The notes: generated from the letters alone by a model not told the origin. DNA of 64,000 nucleotides from Candidatus Omnitrophota bacterium (GCA_030681595.1 JAUXSB010000008.1:25587-89586), one strand, 5' to 3'; shown: positions 27,630 through 37,263, counted from the first letter of the stretch. Numbers and translations: made by a program.

Positions 27630-28058
27630 ATGGTTGAGATGGAGCTAAGCAAAATTATCATCGACGAGAAAAGGCATGATCAGGTGATTGTTTTGAAAGA
27701 AAAGTCCGGCGGCCGCCTTCTCCCTATTGTTATCGGGATAACCGAAGCAGCAGCCATAAAAATGCAGCTTGCCGGAGTCTATCCTCCGCGGCCGATGACT
27801 CACGATTTGCTTAAGACAATACTAGAAGATTTAGACGCGCACGTAGATAAAATTATTATTGATAAATTAGAAGAGAATACTTTTCACGCAAAAATTGTAA
27901 TCACTTTAGAGGGTAAGGTTAAAATAATTGATTCTCGTCCTTCTGACAGTATTGCTCTTGCGGTAAGGACAAAATCGCCCATATTTGTAGAAGACGAAGT
28001 GTTGAATAAGGCTAATCCTTTTGGTGAAGTGGACATTCACGATGATCCCTCTTCATGA
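27630..28058 (+). CDS. bifunctional nuclease family protein (DUF151/BFN)
   Basis: Contains the motifs 'LPIVIGITEAAAI' and 'RPMTHDL'. Confidence 0.65.
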   Translation: MVEMELSKIIIDEKRHDQVIVLKEKSGGRLLPIVIGITEAAAIKMQLAGVYPPRPMTHDLLKTILEDLDAHVDKIIIDKLEENTFHAKIVITLEGKVKIIDSRPSDSIALAVRTKSPIFVEDEVLNKANPFGEVDIHDDPSS

Positions 28059-28059
28059 A

Positions 28060-29496
28060 ATGAAAAAAAATCCTTTTTTTGGCGTTATTTTAAAGCTTGC
28101 GGAATTAAACAGGCGCAAGGTTTATCTTGTCGGAGGGTACCTGCGTGATTTGTTTTTAAAGCGCAAAAGTTTTGATTTTGATTTTGCGGTGGATAAGGGA
28201 GCTATAAAATTTTCGCGCTCTATCGCCGAAAGGCTCAAAGGCGATTTTGTTGTTTTGGATAAAGAGCATGGTTCAGCGCGGGTTATTGTAAAAAAAGAAA
28301 ATACGAGTTACACTCTTGATTTTACAGATTTCCGCGGCAGGGATATAAACGAAGATCTATCGCTGCGTGATTTTACTATTAATGCGATGGCGCTAGATTT
28401 AAGTTGCCTGAAAAATGCCGCTAGCGAAGAGTTTATTGACCCTTATTCGGGAAAAAGCGATATAAAAAAAGGGCTGATTAAGGTAATTAACAACAGGGCG
28501 TTTTGCGATGACCCTTTGAGGATATTGCGTGTATTCAGCTTATCCGCAGTATTAAAATTTAAAATAGACGGCGAGACGCTTAAGCTCGCCCAGGAAAATA
28601 AAGATGGGATTTTTTCGGTTTCTTCTGAAAGGATAAGGGAGGAACTGTTTAAAATTTTAGCCGTGCCGAATGCGGCCGATTTTTTTAAAAAGATGGATAG
28701 TTTGTCTATACTGGAAAAAATTATCCCGGAAGTAAATATAATGCGTGATATTCAGCAGGGGCCGTATCACCATTTAGATGTTTTAGAGCATTCTTTTGAG
28801 GCGATGAGCCAGATTGAAAAATTATTTTCTGAATTAAAGCGCAATAAAAAAGTATCGGTTTATTTAGACGAAATTATCGCTGCGGAGCATTCACGCAGGC
28901 AAGTTTTAAAACTTGCCGTTTTTTTACACGATATAGGCAAACCCGATGCCATAACCTTTGAAGAGGGCAAAACAAAATTTCACGGACATGAACATATCGG
29001 CAGGCGCCTTGCATCCGCAGTTTGCGATAGGCTTAAGCTTTCCGGTAAAGAAAAAGATGCGATAAAGGCGATGATATTGTGGCATCTTCGCCCCGGTTAT
29101 TTAGCCGATAACCCCGATATAAGCGAGCGGGCGATATTCAGGTATTTTCGCGACACGGATAGCGAAGGTGTGAGTATCCTGCTTTTGTCTATGGCAGACC
29201 AACGATCAACCCGCGGCCCTTTAACTGTCAAGGCAAGCAGAATAAGGCATGAAAAGACCTGTCTCTGGTTGATAAAAGAGTATTTCCGGCGTAAAGAAGA
29301 GAAGAAATTGCCTAAGATAATTACCGGCGATGATTTGATGGAAAAGCTTAAGCTTGTTCCCGGCCCGGTGTTTGGAAAAATTTTAGATAAGGTGGAAGAA
29401 GAGCAGGCGGCAGGGGAAATAACTACTAAAAAGGAAGCTTTGGAATTAGCCCGCCAAATAGCAGCCGGGCATGTAAAGAAAATAGTAAAAACATAA
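28060..29496 (+). CDS. cca: CCA-adding enzyme / tRNA nucleotidyltransferase with HD domain
   Basis: PolyA-polymerase head 'LVGGYLRDL' with 'DFDFAV'. HD domain with 'FLHDIGKP'. Confidence 0.8.
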   Translation: MKKNPFFGVILKLAELNRRKVYLVGGYLRDLFLKRKSFDFDFAVDKGAIKFSRSIAERLKGDFVVLDKEHGSARVIVKKENTSYTLDFTDFRGRDINEDLSLRDFTINAMALDLSCLKNAASEEFIDPYSGKSDIKKGLIKVINNRAFCDDPLRILRVFSLSAVLKFKIDGETLKLAQENKDGIFSVSSERIREELFKILAVPNAADFFKKMDSLSILEKIIPEVNIMRDIQQGPYHHLDVLEHSFEAMSQIEKLFSELKRNKKVSVYLDEIIAAEHSRRQVLKLAVFLHDIGKPDAITFEEGKTKFHGHEHIGRRLASAVCDRLKLSGKEKDAIKAMILWHLRPGYLADNPDISERAIFRYFRDTDSEGVSILLLSMADQRSTRGPLTVKASRIRHEKTCLWLIKEYFRRKEEKKLPKIITGDDLMEKLKLVPGPVFGKILDKVEEEQAAGEITTKKEALELARQIAAGHVKKIVKT

Positions 29497-29507
29497 AGAA
29501 TATTTTA

Positions 29508-29696
29508 TGCTGTCTTCGCTCAAATTGCAATTTTATACGCTAGCTTCTCGGCATTTTAAGGCGCCTGCGGAACTCGTTCTTCGGCGGCTATGCCGCCAGG
29601 AATGAACTCAAACAGTCCTCGGCGTCCCGCTCTGCGAGCGTGAAACCTTAAAATGCTGCGACTCCTAGCTAAATTGCAAAATCGCTCAAACAGCAC
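29508..29696. repeat. ~190 bp imperfect palindromic (MITE-like) element
   Basis: Arms of about 55 bp (29508-29564 vs 29638-29696) include a perfect 11-bp ggcattttaagg/ccttaaaatgc pair. The GC-rich centre holds a ggcggctatgccgcc hairpin. Confidence 0.5.
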
Positions 29697-29733
29697 AAAA
29701 TATTGTTTATGTTTTCTTAAACTGGAATAAGAT

Positions 29734-30705
29734 ATGCTAATTAAGGGAATTGATATTAAAGTAATTAAAGGCGATATTACGGATTTAAAGATTGAAGCAA
29801 TAGTTAATGCCGCCAATAACGAGTTGGTGATGGGGGGTGGAGTGGCAGGGGCGATAAAGCGAAAAGGCGGCCAGGCAATAGAGGATGAGGCAATGAAATT
29901 AGGCCCCATAGAAATAGGTAAATCAGTTATAACTTCCGCGGGAAAGCTGCCGGCGCAATATGTGATACATTCTGCTGTGATGGGGTTAGATTTTAAAACA
30001 GATGAAATAAAAATAAGAAGTGCCGCAAACAGCGCTCTAGCCCTTGCTGAGGCTAAGGGTATTAGGAGTATTGCTTTTTGCGCTTTGGGCTGCGGAACAG
30101 GGGGTTTTGATTACGCGGCTTCTGCCAAGATCATGTCGCAGGAAGTATTCCGCCTGATGCGGGAAAACAAAAATTCTAAAATTAAAGAAATAGTTTTTGT
30201 GCTCCGCGATGATGAGGCAAGGAATATCTTTGAGAAAACGGTTTTCAGTTATATCGGCTATATCAGCAAAAAATTAGAAGAAGGCCCTTTTATTACCGTA
30301 GATATAATTATTGACCTTGTCGAAGAGCAAAAAACCGCTATCCCTAAAGTAGTAATAATTGAACGTAGCAATCCGCCTTTTGGCTGGGCGCTTCCCGGAG
30401 GATTCTTAGATTACGGCGAAAGCTTGGAAGATACGGCAGTGCGCGAGGCAAAGGAAGAGACCTCGTTGGATATTTTTGATTTTAAACAATTCCATACTTA
30501 TTCAAAATACGGACGCGATCCGCGCTTTCATACGGTTACAACTGTTTTTACCGCAAAAAGCAAAGGTGTGCCTTACGCCGCATCTGACGCGCAGAATATA
30601 AAAATAATCGGCGAAAAAGATTTAGAGCATATAAGCTTCGCCTTTGACCATAAAGAGATTCTAAGGGAATATTTCGGCATGAGGGGTCTTAAAAGTAGCG
30701 TTTAG
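29734..30705 (+). CDS. Macro domain (ADP-ribose binding/processing) - Nudix hydrolase fusion protein
   Basis: The N-terminus 'IKVIKGDITDLKIEAIVNAANNELVMGGGVAGAI' is macro-domain-like. The C-terminus has a Nudix box 'GGFLDYGESLEDTAVREAKEETSL'. Confidence 0.75.
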   Translation: MLIKGIDIKVIKGDITDLKIEAIVNAANNELVMGGGVAGAIKRKGGQAIEDEAMKLGPIEIGKSVITSAGKLPAQYVIHSAVMGLDFKTDEIKIRSAANSALALAEAKGIRSIAFCALGCGTGGFDYAASAKIMSQEVFRLMRENKNSKIKEIVFVLRDDEARNIFEKTVFSYIGYISKKLEEGPFITVDIIIDLVEEQKTAIPKVVIIERSNPPFGWALPGGFLDYGESLEDTAVREAKEETSLDIFDFKQFHTYSKYGRDPRFHTVTTVFTAKSKGVPYAASDAQNIKIIGEKDLEHISFAFDHKEILREYFGMRGLKSSV

Positions 30706-30724
30706 GGGAAGGAGGGGTAAAACT

Positions 30725-31189
30725 ATGGCAGTTTTAAAATTTGCAAAAAAGAAGGTTATAAAGAAAAAGGTAAAAACAAAACCAGCAAGGAAAGTAATTA
30801 AAAAATCTATAGTAAAAAAGCCTCTAAAGAAGAAAAATAATATCAAGGTTGGTTTAAAGAAACAAAATATGGTTGCAAAGAGTAAAAAAGCGCTTAAAGT
30901 TAAGAAGGCGGTTTTGCCTAAACCCGAAGCTGGCATTGGCGAAGAATTTATCGGAGCTGTTACGCATTATTTCCCAAAGGTAAAGGCCGCAGTCGTTGTG
31001 CTTAAGGCTACTCTTAATATAGGCGATAAGATTCACATAAAGGGGCATACTTCTGATTTTATCCAGGTTGTTAATTCGATGCAGATAGAGCATCTGCCTA
31101 TAACCAGCGCCAAAAAAGGCGATGAGATAGGCATGGGTGTTATTTCGCGTGTACGCCGTGACGACAGGGTCTATAGGGTAACGGTATAA
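30725..31189 (+). CDS. lysine-rich histone H1-like protein with C-terminal beta-barrel-like domain
   Basis: The first ~75 aa are about 40% Lys (KKKVIKKKVKTKPARKVIKK...). The C-terminal ~75 aa form a compact globular-looking domain. Confidence 0.45.
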   Translation: MAVLKFAKKKVIKKKVKTKPARKVIKKSIVKKPLKKKNNIKVGLKKQNMVAKSKKALKVKKAVLPKPEAGIGEEFIGAVTHYFPKVKAAVVVLKATLNIGDKIHIKGHTSDFIQVVNSMQIEHLPITSAKKGDEIGMGVISRVRRDDRVYRVTV

Positions 31190-31264
31190 ATGGCTGATTG
31201 CCGGAGAATTGAATTATAAACAATTCCCGATTTTTTAATCCGGCAGCGCCAATTTTATTGAATA

Positions 31265-32050
31265 TTGAATATGGGATTAGAAACAGTAAGTAAGGAGTTG
31301 ATTGTGCCTCATCCGGTACATAATAAAAAGGCTAAGCCGGCAAAACAGGCATTCTTTCTTTCTAAGAAAGTAGGCAAAGCGATCCACGATTACCGGATGA
31401 TTGAAGATGGCGACCGGATTGCCGTCGGGGTTTCAGGGGGCAAGGACAGCATTTCTTTATTAAAAATACTTAAAGACAGGCAAAGTTTTGTCCCTGTAAG
31501 GTATGATTTAGTTGCCGTACATATTGATTTTGGCTACCATTGTATGCCGCCGAAAACGCTCCTGGACTATTTTGAGCGTAACGGATATAATTATCATATA
31601 AAGAAAATAAAGATATTGAAAGAAGGCCAGAGCCGTTCAGATATAACTTGTTTTTGGTGCTCATGGAACAGGAGAAAAGCGATATTTGAGGCTGCACAAG
31701 AATTAAATTGCAATAAAGTTGCTTTGGGGCACCATAGAGATGATATTATCCAGACAATATTGCTTAATATGTTTTATCAGGGTCAAATCAGCGCAATGAA
31801 ACCACGGCAGGAGTTATTTGAGGGTAAAATTACTATTATCCGCCCGCTTGCCTACGTAGAGGAAAAACAAATCCAGAAATTTGCCCAGACCTTGGATTTT
31901 CCTATACCGCATTGTAAATGCCCGAATACGCAGATATCTAAAAGGACGTTTGTAGAAAAGATGATCAGCGAAATTGAAAAAGAATGCCCTGATGTAAGGA
32001 CGAATATTTTTAATTCGCTAAAAAGAATAAAAAATGATTATTTATTATGA
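31265..32050 (+). CDS. ttcA: tRNA 2-thiocytidine(32) synthetase TtcA-like PP-loop ATPase
   Basis: PP-loop 'GVSGGKDS' and TtcA-type CxxC pairs ('CFWCSW', 'HCKC'). Confidence 0.7.
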   Translation: MNMGLETVSKELIVPHPVHNKKAKPAKQAFFLSKKVGKAIHDYRMIEDGDRIAVGVSGGKDSISLLKILKDRQSFVPVRYDLVAVHIDFGYHCMPPKTLLDYFERNGYNYHIKKIKILKEGQSRSDITCFWCSWNRRKAIFEAAQELNCNKVALGHHRDDIIQTILLNMFYQGQISAMKPRQELFEGKITIIRPLAYVEEKQIQKFAQTLDFPIPHCKCPNTQISKRTFVEKMISEIEKECPDVRTNIFNSLKRIKNDYLL

Positions 32051-32134
32051 GCCCCGCTTTTTGCGGCGGATGCCTAGATGGCGGTGGTTTTAGGAAGGAT
32101 AGAGGGCTAAGTTGAGAAAAGGCGAGGTGAAGAA

Positions 32135-32626
32135 ATGGCGCGTTTTTTAATAAGTTTATTATTGCTTGTGTTTGTAGCTTCCGGCTGCGCAAGCTATAAG
32201 TATGGCTCAGACATAAAGCCTTACGGTAAAGGTTATGTGGTTTTACGCAATAATACAGTTATTCCCGAATATACTCTTGGCGGCGACAATAAAGCGCCTC
32301 TGGATTTAGATTTAGCAAAAGAACGATTTAAGTCAAGGCGGTCCAAGGTTGAATACTATTATAAAAAATTGAATATAATCTATAGTATTTATAGTTCTTT
32401 TATAACTTATCCTGCCGCTATTGTAGGCATGGTGGGAGGGGTATTCAAACTACCCTTTATATTTGTTTCAGATTACCGTTATGAACATAACCCTGAATAC
32501 AGAAAAAAAATCGATGCGAAAGAACTGGAAAGGCGGATAAAAGAGGCAAGGGAGCGTAAAGGGTTAAAAGAAAAGTTAAGTAATTATATAGCGCAGGAAT
32601 TAGAAAAAGAAGGAAAAACAGAATAA
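32135..32626 (+). CDS. hypothetical lipoprotein
   Basis: N-terminus 'LLLLVFVASGC' provides a signal peptide and lipobox. Confidence 0.45.
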   Translation: MARFLISLLLLVFVASGCASYKYGSDIKPYGKGYVVLRNNTVIPEYTLGGDNKAPLDLDLAKERFKSRRSKVEYYYKKLNIIYSIYSSFITYPAAIVGMVGGVFKLPFIFVSDYRYEHNPEYRKKIDAKELERRIKEARERKGLKEKLSNYIAQELEKEGKTE

Positions 32627-33615
32627 TGTTTATCTGGATAGCTTTAGCGGTTTTGGCGGCGGCTTTTATATTTCTCGTTATAACGCTTAATATCCTTTTC
32701 CGCAATTTAAGCCGAGAGTTGTCTTTATTGAGCGGGCAATTTAATCTGCAGCTGAAAGATAACCTTAATGCGCTTTTAGACACGCATAAAACAGTTGGTG
32801 AGCGCATAGACAACGTTACTAATGTAATCAGTAAGGTGCACACCAGCCTTGGTGAATTAAGCCGGACATCTGATATGATTTTTGGCGTAGGTAAGGATAT
32901 TTCAAGTTTACAGCAGCTCTTACGCGCGCCGAAATTCCGCGGAGAGTTCGCTGAAACGCTATTGGAAAACTTATTAACGCAGGTTTTACCGCGCGATTAT
33001 TTCCACATGCAGCATAAATTCAGAAACGGCGAAATAGCCGATGCCGTGGTGGTCTTGGGTGAAAATATTGTTCCGGTTGATGCCAAGTTTCCGCTGGAAA
33101 ATTTTAAGCGCATGCTTGAGGCCGTTGTAGATACGGAAAAAGCGCAATTCCGTAAGTTATTTGTCCGCGACGTAAAAAACCGCATTTCCGAAGTATCCTC
33201 TAAATATATCCTTCCAGATGAGAAGACTTACGATTTTGCCTTAATGTATATCCCTGCCGAAAACGTTTACTATGAAACGATAATCAAGGAAACCGAAATA
33301 ATGCCGTATAGTATTTCTAAAAAAGTAATTCCTGTTTCTCCCAATACTTTTTACGCCTACTTACAGGTAATCTGTCTGGGGCTAAAAGGGATGCAGATTG
33401 AGAAGAATGCTAAAGAAGTAATGGCTAATCTTTCACGCCTAAATACCGATATCGACAGGTTTAAGGAAGATTTTGATTTAGTGGGGGTGCATTTGACTAA
33501 CGCTAAAACAAAGTATGCGGATGCGCAAGTACGGCTGGATAAATTTTCGGATAAGTTAATAAGCAGTACGCAGGTAAACCAAAACTCTATCGCGGGAGGG
33601 GAAAATGGCAAATGA
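32626..33615 (+). CDS. rmuC: DNA recombination protein RmuC
   Basis: N-terminal TM segment, a coiled coil and a C-terminal 'DAVVVLGENIVPVDAKFP' RmuC nuclease-like motif. Confidence 0.65.
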   Translation: MFIWIALAVLAAAFIFLVITLNILFRNLSRELSLLSGQFNLQLKDNLNALLDTHKTVGERIDNVTNVISKVHTSLGELSRTSDMIFGVGKDISSLQQLLRAPKFRGEFAETLLENLLTQVLPRDYFHMQHKFRNGEIADAVVVLGENIVPVDAKFPLENFKRMLEAVVDTEKAQFRKLFVRDVKNRISEVSSKYILPDEKTYDFALMYIPAENVYYETIIKETEIMPYSISKKVIPVSPNTFYAYLQVICLGLKGMQIEKNAKEVMANLSRLNTDIDRFKEDFDLVGVHLTNAKTKYADAQVRLDKFSDKLISSTQVNQNSIAGGENGK

Positions 33616-33907
33616 AATTAGCGGAAATCCGGGAGTCGCGGCGGTGCTTTCTTTTTTCTTTTCCGGGTTGGGCCAGATTTATAACGGAGAAATCAAGAAG
33701 GGGCTTCTTGTTATGTTTTTTTCCTGCCTGGGTTTGTTGATGTTGTTGGTAGGGGCAGTATTCTTTGGTTATTATATTTTAGGGGAAGTATTTTTTAAAG
33801 GGCAGTTTATCGGGGGCCTGATTTTATTTTTAGGAGGTATTTTTTTAGTTGCGATTTTGGGAACCCGCAGCATTTTTGATGCTTACAGCCGCGCTAAAGA
33901 AAAATAG
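33605..33907 (+). CDS. TM2 domain membrane protein
   Basis: Motif 'FFFSGLGQIYNGEIKKG' followed by two TM helices. Confidence 0.5.
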   Translation: MANEISGNPGVAAVLSFFFSGLGQIYNGEIKKGLLVMFFSCLGLLMLLVGAVFFGYYILGEVFFKGQFIGGLILFLGGIFLVAILGTRSIFDAYSRAKEK

Positions 33908-33931
33908 TCGAATCTTAAAAAGAAAAAAGTA

Positions 33932-34153
33932 ATGAAATTAAACGTACGGGTTGTAGCTAATGCCAAAAGAGATGAAATTTTAAAAGACGGCGAAACCTTT
34001 AAGGCCTATCTGAATGCCCCTGCCGTCGAAGGCAAAGCGAATAAAGCGTTGGTAAGAGTGTTGGCAGATTATTTTAGCGTGAAAAAATCGCAGATTAATA
34101 TTATTAAGGGTGAGAAGTCGCGCAATAAGATAGTCGAGGTTTATGATAAGTAA
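33932..34153 (+). CDS. DUF167 (YggU/UPF0235) family protein
   Basis: Contains the motifs 'PAVEGKANKAL' and 'IIKGEKSRNK'. Confidence 0.65.
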   Translation: MKLNVRVVANAKRDEILKDGETFKAYLNAPAVEGKANKALVRVLADYFSVKKSQINIIKGEKSRNKIVEVYDK

Positions 34154-34856
34154 TCTTTTAGATAAGGTGGGTGTCTTTAGGATATTTTCCGGCTATCCTG
34201 TTATCGCAAGTTTTAGCGATAGGAATTTGGATTTAGGGTTTGATTGCCCGGATTATAAAAAAAACCGTAAAGAGTTTCTTCGGCTTCTAGATATAGATTA
34301 TGACAATCTTGTCTGCGCAAAACAAATACATAGCGCAAATGTAGTTGAGGTATGCAAAAAAGATGCGGGCGGAGTAATTCCCGATACTGATGCTTTAATT
34401 ACGAAAGCAGAACATTTAGCGCTTGCAGTGTTTACCGCAGACTGTCCCTCCGTTTTTATTTATGATTCTAGAAATAACGCTATCGGTTTAGTGCATGCCG
34501 GATGGAGGGGGAGCAAAGATAAAATTTTACAGAAAGCACTAATGTTGATGCGCCAGAAATTCGGCACAGAGCCAAAAGATTTATTTTGCGCCTTTGGCCC
34601 GGCAATACACGCCTGTTGTTATGAAATCGGGCCTGATGTAGCCGCGTATTTCCCGGAAGGAGTCACGATTCGTAATAATAAACGATATTTAGATTTAGCA
34701 CTGGTGAACCAAAATCAGCTTTTAGGATTAGGGGTCAAAAAAAGCCAGATTGAAGATAGCGCTATCTGTACTGTTTGTTCTAACGTGCGATATTTTTCTT
34801 ACCGTAAAGAGAAAGAAGAATCCGGCAGAATGATGTCGGTGATGGTATTGAAATAG
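34143..34856 (+). CDS. pgeF: purine nucleoside phosphorylase/polyphenol-oxidase-like YfiH (PgeF, DUF152)
   Basis: 'HSANV', 'VHAGWRG' and a Cys/His pair are present. Confidence 0.8.
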   Translation: MISNLLDKVGVFRIFSGYPVIASFSDRNLDLGFDCPDYKKNRKEFLRLLDIDYDNLVCAKQIHSANVVEVCKKDAGGVIPDTDALITKAEHLALAVFTADCPSVFIYDSRNNAIGLVHAGWRGSKDKILQKALMLMRQKFGTEPKDLFCAFGPAIHACCYEIGPDVAAYFPEGVTIRNNKRYLDLALVNQNQLLGLGVKKSQIEDSAICTVCSNVRYFSYRKEKEESGRMMSVMVLK

Positions 34857-34868
34857 GGGAGTGTTATT

Positions 34869-35348
34869 ATGGCTAAAGTATTGGTTGTTTATTATTCGCG
34901 TTCAGGAACAACGGAGAAAATGGCAAGGATAATTTCGGAAAATATCTCAAAAGAAGGTATTGAGGTTAACCTGAAAAACGTTACAGGACTAGACGCAGAT
35001 GAATTATTGAAATATGACGGCGTACTTATCGGTTCTCCTACCTACTATGGCACGATGAGTTGCGAAATTAAGAAGTTACTTGACGAAAGCGTGAAATTCC
35101 ATGGAAAATTAGACGGTAAGGCAGGTGGCGCATTTTCGTCAAGTGCTAATGTTGCCGGCGGCAACGAGACTACAATAGTAGATATTCTCTGTGCTTTATT
35201 AATCCATGGTTGCATTGTTCAAGGGGATCCTAGGGGCGATCATTACGGGCCGGTGGCAGTAGGCTCTGTGGATGAGCGTTCAACCAAGGAATGCGCAAGA
35301 TTCGGACAGCGTTTTGCCCGGCTGGTCAAGAAAATAGGCCCTAAATAG
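34869..35348 (+). CDS. flavodoxin-like fold protein (WrbA/NAD(P)H quinone oxidoreductase-like)
   Basis: N-terminus 'KVLVVYYSRSGTTEKMA' and 'GSPTYYG' flavodoxin motifs. Confidence 0.6.
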   Translation: MAKVLVVYYSRSGTTEKMARIISENISKEGIEVNLKNVTGLDADELLKYDGVLIGSPTYYGTMSCEIKKLLDESVKFHGKLDGKAGGAFSSSANVAGGNETTIVDILCALLIHGCIVQGDPRGDHYGPVAVGSVDERSTKECARFGQRFARLVKKIGPK

Positions 35349-35373
35349 ATTAAATTTTTTTTAAGGAGGACAG

Positions 35374-35586
35374 ATGGCAATTACCAGGCAGGATGTGCAC
35401 ACTATTAATAATTTGTTAAACAAAATAACCATAACTTGCGGCGGAATAAAGGATATGCTAGAGACTGAAGCGTTAGATAAGTTACCAGCCGAAAAGTTAA
35501 GGCAGTTAAGTGTTGAATTAATTAAGGGGTTTTCTGATATAGAGCAGGCGGCAATGGATATATCTAATATTGCATTTAAGATATAG
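35374..35586 (+). CDS. hypothetical small protein
   Basis: Good RBS AAGGAGGA; no recognisable motif. Confidence 0.35.
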   Translation: MAITRQDVHTINNLLNKITITCGGIKDMLETEALDKLPAEKLRQLSVELIKGFSDIEQAAMDISNIAFKI

Positions 35587-35595
35587 GGGGCGGGG

Positions 35596-35907
35596 ATGTT
35601 TATTGTTGTTCTTGTGACGGCAAGAGATAAAACGGAGGCAGAGCTTATCGCTAGGCATTTAGTTGAGCGTAAGCTTTGTGCCTGCGTAAATATAGTAGCC
35701 CCGGTTAATTCTTTATTCCGGTGGGATAATAAATTAGATAGTTCAGAAGAGGCAATGCTTATAATCAAAACAAGGAAGGCACTGTTTAAGAAGCTGGAGG
35801 AAGCGGTAAAATCCGTGCATAGTTATGAAGTTCCGGAAATAATTGCTTTACCGGTGGTGCTGGGCAGTAAAAAATATTTAGATTGGGTTAAAACATCGAC
35901 AGTCTAA
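35596..35907 (+). CDS. cutA: divalent-cation tolerance protein CutA
   Basis: CutA1 signature 'CACVNI' and 'S.Y.W'. Confidence 0.8.
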   Translation: MFIVVLVTARDKTEAELIARHLVERKLCACVNIVAPVNSLFRWDNKLDSSEEAMLIIKTRKALFKKLEEAVKSVHSYEVPEIIALPVVLGSKKYLDWVKTSTV

Positions 35908-35915
35908 GGGGTTAG

Positions 35916-36617
35916 ATGGATAATTTGTTGGTTTTATTATCGCAAAAATTGGATTTTTCTTCGGGTTTTTCTTTCGTGATTGCTTTCTTTGGCGGGTTGT
36001 TAGTGAGCTTTACTCCCTGCGTTTATCCGCTCCTACCGGTAACTATAGGCTTCATTAGCGCAAAAAGCAACGGCTCTAAATTGAGAGGATTTTTATTAAG
36101 CGCAGCGTATGTTTTTGGAATGGCAGTGATTTATTCTGTGTTAGGCGGGCTTGCCAGCCTTTATGGGCAGTCTTTTGGCAGTATAAGCAATACGCCTTTA
36201 GTTTATTTTATTGTCGGAAACATTTTTTTGTTATTCGGGCTTTCTATGTTTGGCGTTTTTAATATCAGCCTGCCTCAATTACGTTTAAATCCGGGCCTTA
36301 AAAAAAAGGGTGGGGTTATACAGGCTTTGCTGTTAGGCTTGGCCTCGGGTTTGGTAATCAGCCCGTGCGTTAGCCCTGTCTTAGGCGCGTTGTTAGTTTT
36401 TGTCGCTTCTAAGCAAAATATTTTGTACGGTGCTGCTCTTCTTTTCGTCTTTGCCTACGGAATGGGTACATTATTAATTCTAGCAGGGACATTTACGGCT
36501 TTACTTACAGCAATCCCTAAATCCGGCGTATGGCTTGCAAGAATCAAGAAGGCCGGCGGTTTTATATTAATCCTATTTGCAGAATATTTATTTATAAAAA
36601 TGGGGGGGTTATTATGA
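35916..36617 (+). CDS. ccdA: cytochrome c-type biogenesis / thiol-disulfide transporter CcdA (DsbD core)
   Basis: Two conserved Cys in TM segments ('FTPCVYPLLP', 'SPCVSP') across 6 TM helices. Confidence 0.8.
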   Translation: MDNLLVLLSQKLDFSSGFSFVIAFFGGLLVSFTPCVYPLLPVTIGFISAKSNGSKLRGFLLSAAYVFGMAVIYSVLGGLASLYGQSFGSISNTPLVYFIVGNIFLLFGLSMFGVFNISLPQLRLNPGLKKKGGVIQALLLGLASGLVISPCVSPVLGALLVFVASKQNILYGAALLFVFAYGMGTLLILAGTFTALLTAIPKSGVWLARIKKAGGFILILFAEYLFIKMGGLL

Positions 36618-37132
36618 GAAGAGTGATTGCGTTTCTGGCGGTTTTTCTGTTTTGTTTTTTTTCGCCTTTAGTATCAGCTGAAGATCACTTAGGTGAACAA
36701 ATAGAAGGTGAAGAGCCTTGCCCCTGTCCTGTTTCGTTAGGAAAGGCACCGAATTTTACCTTAAAAGACTTAAAGGGTAATGAAGTAAAACTTTCGGATT
36801 TTAACGGCAAGGGCATAATTTTATATTTTTGGGCTACAACATGCCCGATATGCGTAGAGCACACGGATGCGTTAAATAAAATGTATACCATACTTAAAGA
36901 AAAAAATATAGAATTTATCGCTATAGGCATGGGGGAGACCAAGAACCGCGTGAATCGTTTTATGAAAAGGAAACCCATAGATTTTCCTGTTCTCCTTGAT
37001 ACAAACGGCAAGGTAAGCCAATCGTATGTGATATTAGGCCCGCCTTCATTTGTAATCATTAATAAAACCGGGTATATCCGTTTCCAAAATTTTTTCTGGC
37101 CGCTTGACTACGAAAAATACATTTGTGAATAA
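36614..37132 (+). CDS. thioredoxin-like thiol:disulfide oxidoreductase (TlpA/ResA family)
   Basis: Signal peptide plus a 'WATTCPIC' CxxC motif. It overlaps the ccdA end. Confidence 0.75.
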   Translation: MRRVIAFLAVFLFCFFSPLVSAEDHLGEQIEGEEPCPCPVSLGKAPNFTLKDLKGNEVKLSDFNGKGIILYFWATTCPICVEHTDALNKMYTILKEKNIEFIAIGMGETKNRVNRFMKRKPIDFPVLLDTNGKVSQSYVILGPPSFVIINKTGYIRFQNFFWPLDYEKYICE

Positions 37133-37133
37133 A

Positions 37134-37253
37134 CCCCGTTAGAGATGATGTTTATCACTGTAAGGCGGAATTTGACAATTACTGAAATGCAGAGTTTATT
37201 AGTAGGCTTACAATTATTAGATGGTCACCTGCGGTGGCCTATCTCTAACAGGG
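37134..37253. repeat. MITE-like element, family A, copy 2 (ccccgttagagatg ... ctatctctaacaggg)
   Basis: 14-bp terminal inverted repeats with one mismatch. An internal near-palindrome ggtcacctgcggtggcc is present. Confidence 0.55.
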
Positions 37254-37263
37254 TAAAAAATCG

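Noticed and set aside
28021-28059. Upstream TTG start for cca overlapping the DUF151 gene
   Set aside because: The ATG (MKKNPFF) immediately after the upstream stop gives a conventional non-overlapping start.
29556-29909. 117-aa minus-strand ORF
   Set aside because: It spans the palindromic element and the antisense 5' end of the Macro-Nudix gene, and it is Ala/Pro/Ile-rich shadow-ORF-like.
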